Source: Octopus bimaculoides (Eukaryota). Taken from it: a stretch of DNA of 64,000 bases. A program made the position numbers and the translations under genes. The notes beneath the pieces are model-generated. The model was not told where the DNA came from. It ran no database searches and saw only the letters and a program-made list of their open reading frames with translations. The stretch spans positions 36,624,548 to 36,688,547 of the forward strand of contig NC_069003.1 in assembly GCF_001194135.2 (NCBI RefSeq). Direction: 5' to 3'. This document shows, in pieces, positions 35,001 through 49,400 of the stretch; position 1 is the stretch's first letter, and the number at the start of each line of letters is the position of its first letter.

Positions 35001-35339
35001 GTTCCAATAGCGATACAATAAAGGAAGGATAGCTATCACAAAAATCTAATCCTAAATAATTAATTTTAATTACGATGTATTTTATTTTTTAAACTCAAAC
35101 TGAAACCGGTGACCAAGTAGCTTCCATGATAAGGGCTGACAGTTCGAATCCTAGCTAGGCCAACGTAAACCCTCACAGGGTGTTATATAGATTAACACGT
35201 GCCTTTTAATTCATTTATTGCTAAAGTTGAGAAATAAATACCATTGAAAAAATAAACACAAGCAAATCATGATTTGAAGATTATTATATGTACGTACATG
35301 ATTACTGGGCGATGATTCGAAAGTGGTCAGTTCAACATG

Positions 35340-35900
35340 GTCGACATGTTTATTTGAGTCACGTGGTACATGTGCATAATAAATGGCGCGGCTGCTGAGC
35401 TGCCGTCTTTCACTGTCGGCTGCCGTCGTTTCCGTTACACTCTCGCAATGGTAAAAGGTAGTCTACATAATTGACAATAGCGATTAATTATTCGAGTTGT
35501 TTCATTTTATTTTTTTTCTTTCACCTATTTATCTTCTCAGATAAATACTTTTTGTTTAGGAAAAAAAAAATGCTACTTTCATATCGCGAACCTATAATTG
35601 TAAATTTCAGGTAAAATAACTAAGAAAATTAGAAAATTTTCAATGAATTATGTTCTTTATGGTAGTACTGTTTTACAAAGAAATAAACTTAAAACAAAGT
35701 AATTTTCGACAATCATTTTTAGTTTGTTTGGCGGCCGGCGGAAGAATTTCTATTTCGCGGCTGTGCTGCGGCCAGCTCAGTTTTGGTACTCGTTGAGAGT
35801 GGGATTTTTTTTTTAGTTAAAAATACGAGATTTTGTTTTTATGCCGAGGTATATCGTTCAGTGTTTCAACGACCAGCGTTAAGTAGGAGAAAATTACTTA
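35340..35900. promoter_or_regulatory. CpG-rich promoter-like island, probably the GTF3C2-like gene promoter
   Basis: Local CpG enrichment in an AT-rich background; AAATGGCG (YY1-like) near 35383; GGCGGCCGGCGGAAG (ETS-like) near 35730; lies between the TUBGCP5 3' end and the 5' side of GTF3C2. Confidence 0.5.
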
Positions 35901-36289
35901 AAAGAGGAGAAATTGAATAATTTCTCATATTAAATAATGGAAATGGGGTCACTCACAGTTAAAACTCTCACTAAGTGACTGGGCAAATTTCAATAGCGAC
36001 TTCACAGAGAGGCTCGGACCTTTTCTCTCAGTCTATCATCATGAGTATTCTATGAGGTGGCCCTTAAAAAATACTTCCTTGTTTTGAGTCAACCTTGTCC
36101 TCATTCTTTTCCTTCTCTCGCTCCACGTTTTGAAAGTGAGATCCAGTTACATAATTAACAAAATACTGACAGTACGAAGTCGAAGCCCATTACCGCTAAC
36201 TCGGCCGTCTGCAGCCAATGATCTAACAAACCCAAATTATTAGATGCATTATACAGTCAAATTATCAGCATCATGCTGACGAACCCACT

Positions 36290-36720
36290 AATAATGAGTT
36301 CTAGTATTCATTGCCACCTTTTGAAGTACACGTTCCCTACCCATGGTCCAACAACTCACTGTCCACTCTTACTCCATTCTGCTGCTAAATTATAAAGCAT
36401 TCTCCAACCAAACAAATGCTAGACAGAGTGACTCGCTCTTAGCCGAGTATTGTCTCACTAGGAAAATTGCATCTGTGAAACCGTTTTGGGGAACAAAGTC
36501 AAACAGCATTTCATCTAGGCTAACTCTGTTCCTGATTGATTGGGCTATGACTCCTTCATTACCTGATCCAATAATTTCCTTTGCTCTTGTATCAGTTTGC
36601 AGCGATACTGCTATGCTAGTCTTTGGGTATCCAGTGGAGCATGTTCACTTAATTTCTTTTTTTCTAGTCTTTACAAATCCTTTCCATTCAGGGCCTGCAT
36701 CTCACAACCTGCAACTTTGC
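36290..36720 (-). mobile_element. RTE-type LINE reverse-transcriptase fragment
   Basis: Minus-strand KLLDQVMK...IAQSIRNRVSLDEMLFDFVP...TDAIFLVRQ...LCLAFVWLENA, the RTE RT segment ending in LAFVD.EKAFD. Confidence 0.8.
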
Positions 36721-37087
36721 AATACTTACACAAGAATCATACAATCTGCTTTTCACTTTGAGAGAAACCATTTGTAGTTGAATGAATTTGTTTCAGCCTC
36801 TTCATATTATGGCGACAAGACTTTTGGAACATTTCCCCTCACTGCTAATTATGTTACCTAAGTAACAGAAGCTATCAACTGGTTCTTAAGAGCCGTCCAG
36901 GCATCTAAAAGAATCTAGTTCAGGAAGATTTTACAATAAATTTAGTAAATAAAATTGCAGTTGCTTTAGAAATTTCTACATACATTAAAGAAAAACTTAC
37001 AAAAATAAATACATGATGATGATGATAATGATGACATACATATTTCTTTTTGTAAACATAATGAAAACACAGAAATTGATTTTAACA

Positions 37088-37093
37088 TTTATT
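37088..37093 (-). terminator. Candidate polyadenylation signal of TUBGCP5
   Basis: TTTATT on + (AATAAA on -) about 590 nt downstream of the stop codon, followed by AT-rich sequence. Confidence 0.4.
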
Positions 37094-37679
37094 GATAATT
37101 TTAAATAGTCAATTTAATAAATATTTTCTTTTTCCAAGGTTGTGTTTGTAAAAATGTAATCAATACTTTCTATTGATTTTGCACGTGTCAACTCTCACAT
37201 TGCACAACTGCAAGCAATGATACAGCATTATTTTAGGCACTTGGCAAGAATTTTGAATATAAATTACATAACAGTAAACTTATTGTTTGCCACCTTGCTT
37301 TCTTTTTTGTCATTTATAACTTTAGGAGGTCAGAAAGCAACCTGGACATTGTGGAAAAGTTATCCAAATTACAAGGTCAACATGCCATTATGGCGGCTGC
37401 ATCTTCACAGCTTGTGTAATTACATTCCCAGGGTTGTAGCAGTTCAAGTCGCTAAGTTCTGGACGGCTTTTCATAAGACAGGCAATTTGTATCTTCTTAT
37501 AAGGCACTTTGTGACATCCATGCACTTTCCACTGGCTCAGTCCACCTGACTGCAAAGAGGTTGTATAGCCATGTAGTACTTATTTTAAGGATGTTTCTTT
37601 AATCAGGTCAACACACCTAATATATTAAAGAACATGTCTGACATAAATAAGACTTGCCACCTTCTTCTTAAGATAACGA

Positions 37680-40600
37680 CTATACACTGCAAGACATCGT
37701 TAAAGATGACAAAAGGTGCTCCACTGGAAAGAAACAAAAACAAACACGAGAAATAATTAGAAAATTACTATTTGTAAATCTCACAAGGAGAGATATTCAG
37801 CAACAGTACTTTGGAGTAAAGATTATTTGCCAACATAACACGGCAGTCCAGGTTTAGGACGAATGTTGCAGTAATTTAGCCCCAGGAGACATCATCTCCA
37901 GCTGGCTATACGACACAATCTGTGTTCGAAAATATAAGGACACAGATTGTGTTGTATAGCCAGCTGGAGACAATGTCTCCTGGGGCTAAGTTACAACAAC
38001 ATTCGTCCTAAACCAGGTCTGCCATGTTATGTTGGCAAATAATCTTTACTCCACTAGAAATAATATTAAAACATAAAAAGCAGAAGAAATGAATATGAAG
38101 TGAATAAAGACACTTTAACTACAACATTGCAATACATTAACACAATGATAATTGTTATTTCATGAAATAAATCGACAAGTGTACAGTTTAGTTGTCTTAA
38201 AGATTTCTTTGTTGGTTCTTCAGTATCAAGAGAAAACTCTACAGCAGACAAAAGACTTACAAAAACAAGTAATATTTGTCTGATGAAAATAAAATTTGTC
38301 CGATACAAGTAACATTAATCTGATGAAATAATATTTGTCTAATGAAAATAATATTTGCCATTGACTTATATTACTTTGCTTTCCCTGCAAATGTTGTTAT
38401 ATGTTAGCCGTTTAATTATTTACTCATTAAATATGCTTCCACCTACATAACTCACAATAATTAGTGGATTTTAAATATTCAAAAGGTGTAAATTATTTTG
38501 AGTGAATTATTTTTTAAAGAATTCAAATTTTGTAGAACAAATAATTTAGTATTGGAGCACCAGGAGAAATATGGTAAAAAAAAAGACTGATTTCTTACAA
38601 TGAGAATCTCGTTCAACTGTGATCTTTACAGCAGAACAACATTGTAAAAATGGTATCCATTTAGCAAAATTCTCTTCCATTACTGCCAATGTTTCCAAAC
38701 TGAAATTAATCCAATTTTCAAAATATAAAAATTTGATGACAAAATTAGATCAGTTCACATCATGAATATAATATTTGCATACTTATTCGTAATAGCTGTA
38801 GAGTCGCCATTTCCTTTCTATATAGCAATAACTCCAAGAATGTGTTTAAACTTGTTCATTCATTATATATATTATGTTTACTTTGCAGTCTAGATCTCTT
38901 GTTGGTAGTTTCACAAATCAGACCTGCTACGGAGTGTGAAAAGGCTGGACATGTACATGTGTGTGGATGTGCAGGCATGGCTGTATGGTTAAGAAGCTCG
39001 CTTCCCAACAAAATGGTTTCAGGTTCAGTCCCACTGACCTCTCGACACCTGGCATAGAACCACCTCCCCACATCAAATACACCTGACTACACACACACAC
39101 ACTCTCTCTCTCTCTCTGTCTTACTTGAGGGTTTTTTTCTTGTCTTGCAAGTTACTTGGCAACCTTACTAGTGCTGGTGGCATGAAAAAATGCACCCTAG
39201 ACATGCTGTAAAGTGTGGTCAGCAGTGTAAACCATGCCAAACCATGCAAATGCTGACATTGGAGCTTGACACAGTCCTGTGGACCAACGGATTCTTGTCA
39301 AACTGTCCCATCCATGTCAGCATGAAAAATAAACATTCAATGATGATGATGATGATGAAGGTATGTGTGTGTGTGTGTGTGTTGAGTTAGCAGGTTAATC
39401 AGGGATGCAACTTGAAGACATAGGATAACAATTACTTCTTTACCCTTTGGTAACTGATTCAGAGCTGATAAAGTAAACTGAAAGGGAGAAAAGTTTTGTC
39501 GGGAAACTAATGAGAGAATTACAAACAACTGTTTCTGTTTCTAATTAAAAGAACTTACACACACTCACAGAATTAACTTAAACTGGTTGAGTAGAAAGAG
39601 ATTAAATTAGTTGAGTAGAAAGAGAGGAATGCAGTAAAAAAGAAAAGCTGGAATAAACTTGTGTAATGTCTTAGACTTGACCTGATTTTATCAATTCCTT
39701 TTTTCCAATGATTGCTGAGACGAAGGGCTATTGACAATATCTGATCAAGCAGACCGCTGAAAACAGAACTCTTTTTCACCAGGAAACAATACTGAAGAAT
39801 TTGTTCCAGATATTCTTCATGGCAGGATAACATCTCATCCAGATCAACTGACGTGTTCAGTGAATTGAGGAATTCTCTACTATGAACTATCTGCAAGAAC
39901 AAAATAAAAATTTTAAAAATTTCTTTTAATGTTACCATATTCTTAGAGAAATAAATCAAAAATTAAAAGAAAGTTTTTAAAGGTTCAGTACAGTCAAACA
40001 TATCTCTCTGGAAACTCATAAATTTTCCATTAATTGTAACTAAAAAAGAGGTGAAGAAAAAAAAAAGTCAAAAACAAAAGCTTACCTGATGCATTATATG
40101 AGAGTTAAGTGTATTTGTGAAATACAGTAGACGCATACGCAAAATGTGAAATCTGTGAATTGTTTCTTTGCGTAATGCTTCTTGACTTGAAGTTAACTCT
40201 TTCCTATTTCCCTGAAGCTTTTCCAATTCTATAAATAAACACAGATAAAAAGTAATAACATTGTATGAAATAATCATCATCATCATTTAACACCTGCTTT
40301 CGATGCTGGCATGGGTTGGACAGGTTGACTGGAGCTGGCAAGGCTGGAGGGCTGCCCAGGCTCCAGATGTAGGTTTTGACAAAGTTTCTACAGCTTGATC
40401 CATACTATTTCCTTACATTCATTAATCTACTGATGCCAGTAAAACACAGAATTTCAATATAATTCCTACACACACACACACACACACATCAGTAAGTTTA
40501 AGAGTAAACACTGTCACAAGGACTTCAACATTAGACTTTTAATGAACAAAACTATAAAAGGTAATTCTCAGTCTTTTAAATTGATAATACCTTTAAGACC

Positions 40601-43600
40601 AGAAATACCGTTTTAAAATCAACAACACCTTTTTTTTGAAGTCAGCAATAAATTTTTAAAAATCAGCGAGAATTTATGGATATCAATATCTTTGGAATCA
40701 GTGGTACCTTCTTCTTTATATATTCTCCATTATTCTGCAGATGAGTCATTTTATTTTTTTAGCCTTTGCTTTTGTAGCTATTTTATGTATTCCTTAAAAT
40801 ACAGGTTCACAATATTAGTTGCATCACATTAAAACTATTACCTTACTTTGGGTATTGCATAGAGTAGAAAAAAAATTCTCATCAAAAAGAATTGGTAATT
40901 CAAAATATGATCCAAAAAAAATCTGTTCTGTTAGTGTTATAGAGAAAAACAACATGCTTACCATCAAAGCGCAGAGTATCCAGGGAGAATTTTACACGTT
41001 TGATCTTCAGTAACATCTTAAATATCTGATTATATTTTGTAATACTTTTGGAGCTAATAATCATATTGACAGGCCATGGGATCTGAAGTAGAAACAATTT
41101 ATTTCATTATTTTCCCCCTTATATGTGAGTGGCTTGAGAGTAAGAAAAGGGTATGAAAAATAATTATTAAATATTTAATGATATAACAAAGATCCATTAC
41201 TAATGAAGTCATTTGAATTACAACAATTACGAAGAATGTAATGTTAAAAGATAGACTGAGTTGTGAATACTTACAGCATATGCTAAGTTGATACAGTCTG
41301 TATCATTCAACTGCATATCAGCATCGATGGCTGGTGGACGAGGCAGTTTCTGTACAAATACTGAAAGCCTAAACGTAGTGAAAAAACAAAGAAAAAAAAA
41401 GATATACTTATCTGAAATAAAAGAAAAAAAATATCTAGTGGCAAGATTTAGCAACGGAACACAAGAATAGTGCCAACATCATACAACAATCAGCTGGTAG
41501 AGGGATTGATTTGATAGGAGCTGATTCTTGGGTTAAAAAGTTATAACTACAAACCTTGTCATAATAATGGTTTAAAAATTGGGTAAAAGGTCAGCAATTT
41601 TTGCTAAAAATAGACAAGCCAGTTACATTGACACCAACGCCCAACTGGTACTTATTTTATTGACACCCCACCCCCAAAAAATGAAAGGCAAAGGTGACCC
41701 AGCATTATTTGAACTCAAAATGAGAAGCAGGAAGAAATGCCACTAAGTATTTTGTCTGGCATGCTAATGATTCTGTCATCTCAGCACTTTAAATCCTACC
41801 AAAGTAATTTTATTGTTTTTGAATGCTGGTTAAAAAAAACAAAAAAAACGACAAATAATTTTTTTGTGAGTTGCAGTAGGGAGTGTATAATTAATTAAAT
41901 CAACTTCAGTCCAGGACAAGTAATTAATCATTTTATCAACACCAGCAGGATGAACATTAACGTTGACCTTGGCAGGATTCAAACTGAGAATTAAGAGGTT
42001 TTAGAATAAACTTGAAAAGACTCTGCAGTCAACTTGAAAATGGCTGTGCTTGATATGCACAAAAAAATTAAGCAGAAATTTCATGCAGTGTACTCAATAG
42101 GGGTGCACAGGAGGAGTATAGAGGAATCAATAATTGGTTAATGGCAAAAGAATACTTTGTTTGTGGTGGATACACAGAAACAGGGAGAAGGTAGAGCACC
42201 AGAAAAATAAACTTGTTGCAATGTTTGAGAGGCTGTATAAAAATTAGAGTTAAATATCATCCCGAAGAAGTGAGGTTTGCATTAATTTATATATAAATAC
42301 AACAAAAATAATTCATTGGAAACAAATGGGAGACTTACTTGCCAATTTCATCAGGAAAGTTTTTCTCAAGAGCTTGTCTTAATGCTCGATTCAAGAATGC
42401 AACATTTATGTGAGATTCTAGCTGATGCTGCATCTACAAAAGCAATAGAGTTGATTCAGAAGATAACTTAATTCCAGTTCACAGGGATTCTGTAGAAGTA
42501 ATGGTTTCTAATTTTAGCAGGAAGCTGGCAATTTTGAGGGGAAGGGATTAGTCAGTACTGTCAACCCCAGTTCTTGATTAGTATTTTATTTTGTTGACCC
42601 CACATACAAAGTGAAGTTGACCTTACTAAGATTTGTACTCAGAATCTCATGAGGTGGAAGAAATGCTGCAAGACCCCAACCAATCTCTCAACTTGCCACC
42701 TTTTGATTCTGTAAAAGCTAATAAACCTACAAACGATCTTCAGAAAGATTTTGGTTACTGAGTACCTTTTGAGTGTTGGACCTCACAGAAGTGTGGTGGC
42801 TGAGTTCCTTTCAAGCGTTGGGCCTCATGGAGGCAATGACCAAGACCTTTGGCATTATGTTGTGCTTGAGAAGACCCATCTAGCCGAGCAAAATCGCAGT
42901 CATGGCAGATACCGATGTCATGCAAATTGGCATCCGTGCTGGTGGCACGTAAAAGCACTCATTACACTCTTGCAGTGGTTGGCATTAGGAAAGGCATCTA
43001 GCGAAAGAAAACCATGCCAAATTAGACTCGATCCTGGCACAGCCTTCCAGTGTGCCAGCCCAGTCAAACTGTCCAACCCATACCAGCATGGACAATGGAC
43101 GTTAAATGATGATGATGATGATGATATAAGATATGATTTTGACCCTTTAGTACCCACTGTTTTAAAGAAATAGCTTTGAAGAGAATTTTATGTAGGAGAA
43201 AAATTAAATCCTTATTGAATTTATTTACTTACACCATAAAATAGCTTTGTATAAAATTCAAACATTGTGTCTCCAGCTTCCATTAGAAAGAAATTCTGAA
43301 ACAGTAATAAAAGAATGATGGAAAGAAAGAAACTTTATTTCTACAATAACACATTCATTTGACAATATTATATTTCCATTTAGCGCAAGGATCACACATT
43401 ATAAAATAATGTTAGTGTTAGGAAGGGCATTCAGTTATTGCAACTATGCCAAATTGCAATGCACAAGTGACCCATTTGCAATGGTAGTAACTCTGAACAA
43501 GAATTGAGGATTGTGATCACTCCTCCAATGCATGCCAAAATAGAAAGCCACATGCTTAAATAAAATAAGTCAAAAATGGAGTGGAATGAACGATGTGGTC

Positions 43601-46394
43601 TCAGAATACCGAAAGTCTGGATGATACAGGCAGCAGAGGATGGAAGTTCTGAATTAAATAAGTGACAAAAGTAGGAAACGTATTTCTCTTTCATTCAATA
43701 TAAATTTTTGTCTTTGAAATGCAAAAGAAAAAAAGCACCCTTTCAAAAATGAAAACTTTAGGAATTATTAACTTACCCTCATAGCTGTTAAGTAATCCCA
43801 GACATTATGGTCAGTAATTATGGATTGTACAACTTGTTGGCATATCCATAAACACTTATCTCTGATGAGAGGATACAGACAATATTCCATAACATGTTCT
43901 ATTGGATGAATACATTTCCAGCTGGACATCAGACATTTGGTTCTAGGAGAAAAACAAATTCCCAATCGATCAATCAATCAATCTATCTACACGCATACAT
44001 ATATATTTATGTATGTAACCTATATAGCAGATTTATAAACTGGACAAATTTAGCTATTTCTCTGTAGATTGAAAAAATGGAAAAAGCCTTAACTGATGTT
44101 CTCATCAGAGGTCTGTACATAAATTTGATCAATCTTATGTATATTTATATATATAATTGTTTTAAATGTGTGTGCGTGCAAATATATATATACAGACCCA
44201 CAAGCCAATCAGCTGAGAAATCCATGATGACTGCTTTTTGGGATGACAAGGGTATTGCTCTCCTTCAGTTTCTGGAATGTGGTTGTACAGTGAACATTGA
44301 GACACTTAAAAAGCTTAGAGGATCCATGGGAAGGAAGAGACCAAAGAAGGATCAGGAAACAATCCACATTCACCATGACAACGTGAGACCACACACATCT
44401 TTGGTAACAAATTAAGTGGCAAGAAATTCAGATTGGTCAGTGGTCTCCATCCACTATACAGTCCAGATCTGGCACCCCCTAATTTTCACCTGTTCAATCC
44501 AATGGAGTACAATCTTTGAGGACAAGGATTTTATGAAACAGATGAGGTGAAGGGAGTACAACAGTGTACATCCGGAATTTTTCAAAGAGGATTCAAGAAT
44601 TAGATTCAATAATTTTACCCAGCATTTTGCCTGGTCTGCTAACAATTCTGCCAGCTCACTGTCTTAGGAATTTGTCACTTGAAATCCAGGTTTTTCAGGT
44701 TTAACCCTTTTGCTACTAACTCGGCTGTAACTGGCTCTGGCTCTGTAGTACAAATGTCTTGTTTCCATAAGTTTTGAATTAAAATCTTCCACCAAACCTT
44801 AGTCACAATTTATGTTCCTAACACTAGCTTAATGATAACTAAGTTATTTTACTAAATTCTTTGTTATATTTAAAATAATTGAAAGAAACACAGAGTATCT
44901 CAAAATGAATACAATAACGAAAGGGTTAATACAGAAGGACAGAAACCCACCAGATCAAACTGGGTGAATCTGTAAATGACTTTGTTCGCATTACTATGGA
45001 ACCATTTGATAATGATAGTGCTGCAGTTCGACTGGATTAACCCAGTAGCCCTTAACAATGACAAAGAATTATTGATTGGAGCCTGGTGCAGCCTTCTGGC
45101 TTGCCAGCCATCAGTCAAACTGTCCAACCCATTCCAGCATGGAAAGCAGACATTAAACGATGACGACGATGATGATGATAAACAACAATGTTGACTTCAA
45201 AGCAATACTCTTTTACTTACGTCTCTCTTACATCACATTGAGGTGAAGATGTTTTAAGCCCTTTTTTGAAAAGAGAATCCAGATTTATTTGTAATAAAGG
45301 GTTGCACTGATCATCCAATACCTTCTTGGTTGGAAATTCTAAATGAATAGTATCATTGGTATTAATTAAAGGAATGACATCTTGACCGCCACCACGATTT
45401 ACTTCTTTATCAAGATACTCATTAAGACAGGTGAGAAACATTTCAAACAATGACTTGGAATTCTGATCTGAAAAAAATAAATAAATAAATAAAAAGTCAG
45501 TTTACTCAGCTGACAAAAACGAGTTGTACCTGTATTTCAAAGGACCAGACTTGTCACATTCAGTGTGACACTAAATCTTCTTGAGAACTACATTAAGCAT
45601 GTCTGTGGAGTACTCAGCCACTTGCACATTAATTTCACAAGCAGGCTGTTCTGTTGATTGGATCAACTAGAACACTCATTATAGCTGACAGAGTGCCAGA
45701 TTTTTTTTTTTATTTGGAAAATAATAAAATAAATGGAAGGATTTTGTCAAGTAACTTACTTTTTCATTATTAAGTTGGTGTGGGAACATAACTTAGCAAA
45801 AAGTTCTTTCACAAAATTATAATAGGTTCCATTTTAAGCAAAGACACTTTAAAATGATGTACTTTCAGGTGGATTGGTATGAAAATGTTAAAAGAAGTGA
45901 AAGCACAGACTTACATTGTAAAGGATTTTGTTTGATTAACAAAGTATTCAAACAGTCCAGGGTGTTGAAAACATCCATAGATTTTCCTGCTTTAATAATT
46001 GGTTCTAGAATAGTGTTCAAGAAATGGGGTGTCCAGTCATGAATGACATAAGCAACCTCACTGAAGGAACTGGTAGCATCATCCTTAACTTCGCTCTCAA
46101 GAATAGGACTCTGTGAGTTAGTGTTGGAAAATTTGATGACAAGTGACTGTTCCCAGAATGTTTCATCAAGGGTCAACGGTATTTGACTTCTAGAAAGAAA
46201 AAGAGAAAAAGAGAGAGAGAAATCAGTGTATTTTTAAGTGTAAAGAATTATTCAGTATTTAGCAATGTGTTAATTTATTTTCTGGTATTCTGTGAGATGG
46301 CTGGCCTTGGCGAAATATCTTGCCTGGAAACAGGTGAGGACTGGCACAAGGAAGGGCATTTGGCTACAGAAAATCTGCCTTAATAAGCTTCCAT

Positions 46395-46425
<31 letters not shown>

Positions 46426-49400
46426 AGCACACACACACACACACATATATATATATTATGTGAACCTTACCTTTGAATAATAAATTCTTTATGAAAATCC
46501 TGCAGTTGACCATTGGTGATCCATTCATCAATAATATTAATATAGGGTCGAATTGTATTAATCCATAAAGGAAAAGCTATTGAGAGCTGTAAAGAGAAAG
46601 AACAATTAGGAAAAGTATTAGAAAATATTCTACAGGAGAAGTGAATTATTCAAAAGCTCACAATATCACATTAATACAACTTTGATTACAGTTACTAATC
46701 AAATATTATTAAATACAAGTACAAGTATTTATCTGCATATTAGATGTAGATGATCTAATTAATGTAGATAAACATGATGTAACTTATTGTCATTCTGAAT
46801 GTTGATGACTGAAAATGAAGTCATTTTACAGCTAAGGTTTGTAGCGTTTTAAATGTTAAATTTTACAGAGTTGTTTCCTAGGTCTTCCTTCCCTTAATAA
46901 GTTCCAGTGTGTCTTATATGATGAATATATCATCTGTGTAGATTGTACATTCATGTTTTGATATCATTTTGTTTCCTATTATGGTCATGTAGGAAGGCTC
47001 TACATATGATATTTCTACATCAAAAACAGTATATATTCCATATTTATTGTTGAAAATCTTTTAAAAAGATTTTGATAAAACTGAATCATGGAGGTGTTTA
47101 ATTTGAAATATTTTTAATATCTTCTTTGGGAACAAAAGAAAAACATTACATTAAATACAATAATAATTCTGATGACAGTGACTTACCAATTTTGTCTGAT
47201 TCATGAGATGTAATTCCATCACTTTATCATAGAGACAGCTCAATAAAGCAGCTGCTTTTTCACTGCTGCTTTCAACTGATTTAAACTTCTGTACACCATT
47301 CACATAAATATTATAAATAAGTGTAAGTTTTTCAATCCAGGGTTCAAGTTGTTTTTGTAGAATAAGAATTGTAATTGTTGTCTCTGTTTGAAAAACAATC
47401 TCAATATGAATATAAAATGCCTTCATATAAATATAAGTCTTAAGTTTTAAATAAAGATACAGGAGGGAAACTTGTAACATTGTCAGGGGATAAGGCTTGT
47501 AAAGTGACTGTCATCTCTGTTTTTGTTCAGATGCAACACAAGCATACTGGCAGTCATTCAGAGTGAAGGAGATTGAAGATAATTTTTAAAAAAAGTATAA
47601 AATATATTCTTTTCTACTGAAGGCACAAGGCCCAACATTTTTGGGGAGGGGAACAGTCGATTAGATTGACCCCAGTATGTAACTGGTACTTAATTTATTG
47701 ACCCCGAAAAGATGAAAGGCAAAGTCGACTTCGGTGGAAGTTGAACTCAGAATGTAAAGACAGATGAAATACCACTAAGCATTTCGCCCGGTGTGCTAAC
47801 GTTTCTGCCAGCTTGAAGTATAAAATATATTGTTTCCTTTATTTTATTTTGATACGAGAAAGTGGAAGAAAACAATACTAAAGATGACTTTACCAAAGCT
47901 AAAATTTATTCTTACCTTGTTTTTGTACATTCTGTTCCAACTTGCACAGCACTGATTTATATTCATGTACAAATTGGTCAATAGAAAATGCAAAGGCTTC
48001 ATAAGTCAAAGAATTGGTTTCTTTAGATTCTTGGATATTTACTGGTTTCTCAGAAACAGAATCAATGAATGACATCAGTTCCATTATCAGAGCACCTGCC
48101 TTCAGGAAAATATGCACACTATTCTCAAGTGCAATCTGGAAAACAAAAATTGTGTCCAGTTTTCTTAGAAAAAATACTAAGAAAAATCTACTATTTTGAA
48201 GCATTTGGTAAAATAAGAATAAAATTACGCCAGCTTGGAAAAACAGACATAAAAACAAATGATAAATTTTATTTATGTTTTATGATATGTTAACTATGTG
48301 CAGAAATTTTGATGGTGTATATATGTGTTTGACAGCAAATGAATAGTAAATTGCATGAGTTATGCGTTTCATAAATTGGATTCTTAGGTCGTCTTTAATT
48401 TGGAAGTTTCATCAATTTAAAGCATCTCTATGTGTAAAGAAACATTTGCAAAAGAAAGTGCTCTTTTGAACAGATGGATTTTGAATAGGAATACAAATTT
48501 GAAAGATGGACCCTTAACATAAAAGACAAAAAGGATTTACTTGCTGAAAGACCAAGCTATTTTAATAGCAGAATGAACATGATCCAGTGGCTTGCCAAAC
48601 TAGTTGCATGTATTGATCAGTTACTAACTGTCCAATTGTATGTTTGCAACAGTTTGTTTTCAATGCAGGAAAGACCAGTTTGTATCTGGAGCCTACCCAA
48701 GGATATAAAAACCCTTGCATTCCATTTCGCTTCATCTTTGGCAGTAGCCATTGACCATACACGTGTTGAGTCAGCGTTGATGAACCAGAAATATAGACAT
48801 ACACAAACACTTTCAAAACTTCTATCTAAGGGGAAATATCAGAATCCTCAATTCATTTGAAAATTTCCAATACTTGTGAATGAACAGAATTAAAATCACA
48901 TAACTTACTTGAGAAAGATGTGTCAGTCGAATATTTTCTCGAAGTTTGTAGTTTGTTCCAGTATATTGAAATATAAAGGTGTCAGAAGTACCAAGCAACA
49001 TCCTACAAAGGAAAATATCATTGGAAAATAGTTCAAGTGAAAGAAGTAAAATACAAAAACTACTCAAAAAAATTTCTGTATTTTTTCAAAAGTATCAGAA
49101 GGATTAAATACAGCTGCTTGTGTGTGTGTGTGTGTGTGTAAATACACAACCGAAAAAACAAAAAATAAAACAACAGAAAAAAAAAATACTGGGTGAATCA
49201 CGAATTCAAAAGAAAACTTATTTCATCGAAACTAAACATTCAGGATGTTCTAAATCAAGGGATACAAAATGAATCCTGGAACTATGTTGTTTGGTGCGTA
49301 AATGTTTTCCATGTGAAATCACTTAAAAAACACAATTTGTCTGAATATTTTGATTGAAATTATATGAAATTATAAAACTGGACAGTTTTCAGTAGTTTGG

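Noticed and set aside
35105-35175. tRNA-like sequence with a GTTCGAATCC B-box
   Set aside because: No complete cloverleaf or acceptor stem could be built; more likely a SINE head remnant.
36343-36777. 144-aa plus-strand ORF
   Set aside because: Antisense to an RTE RT fragment; no independent coding signal.
42751-43173. 140-aa ORF (and similar ORFs at 52401-52770)
   Set aside because: Lies entirely within SINE copies.
43431-43694. Hydrophobic minus-strand ORF within TUBGCP5
   Set aside because: Exons 43777 and 43295 join directly (AMR|NFFLME) with conserved sequence; no GCP5 similarity.
48562-48860. Overlapping ORFs on both strands in TUBGCP5 intron 8
   Set aside because: No recognisable motif and not needed for the frame (48909 joins 48135 in phase 0).
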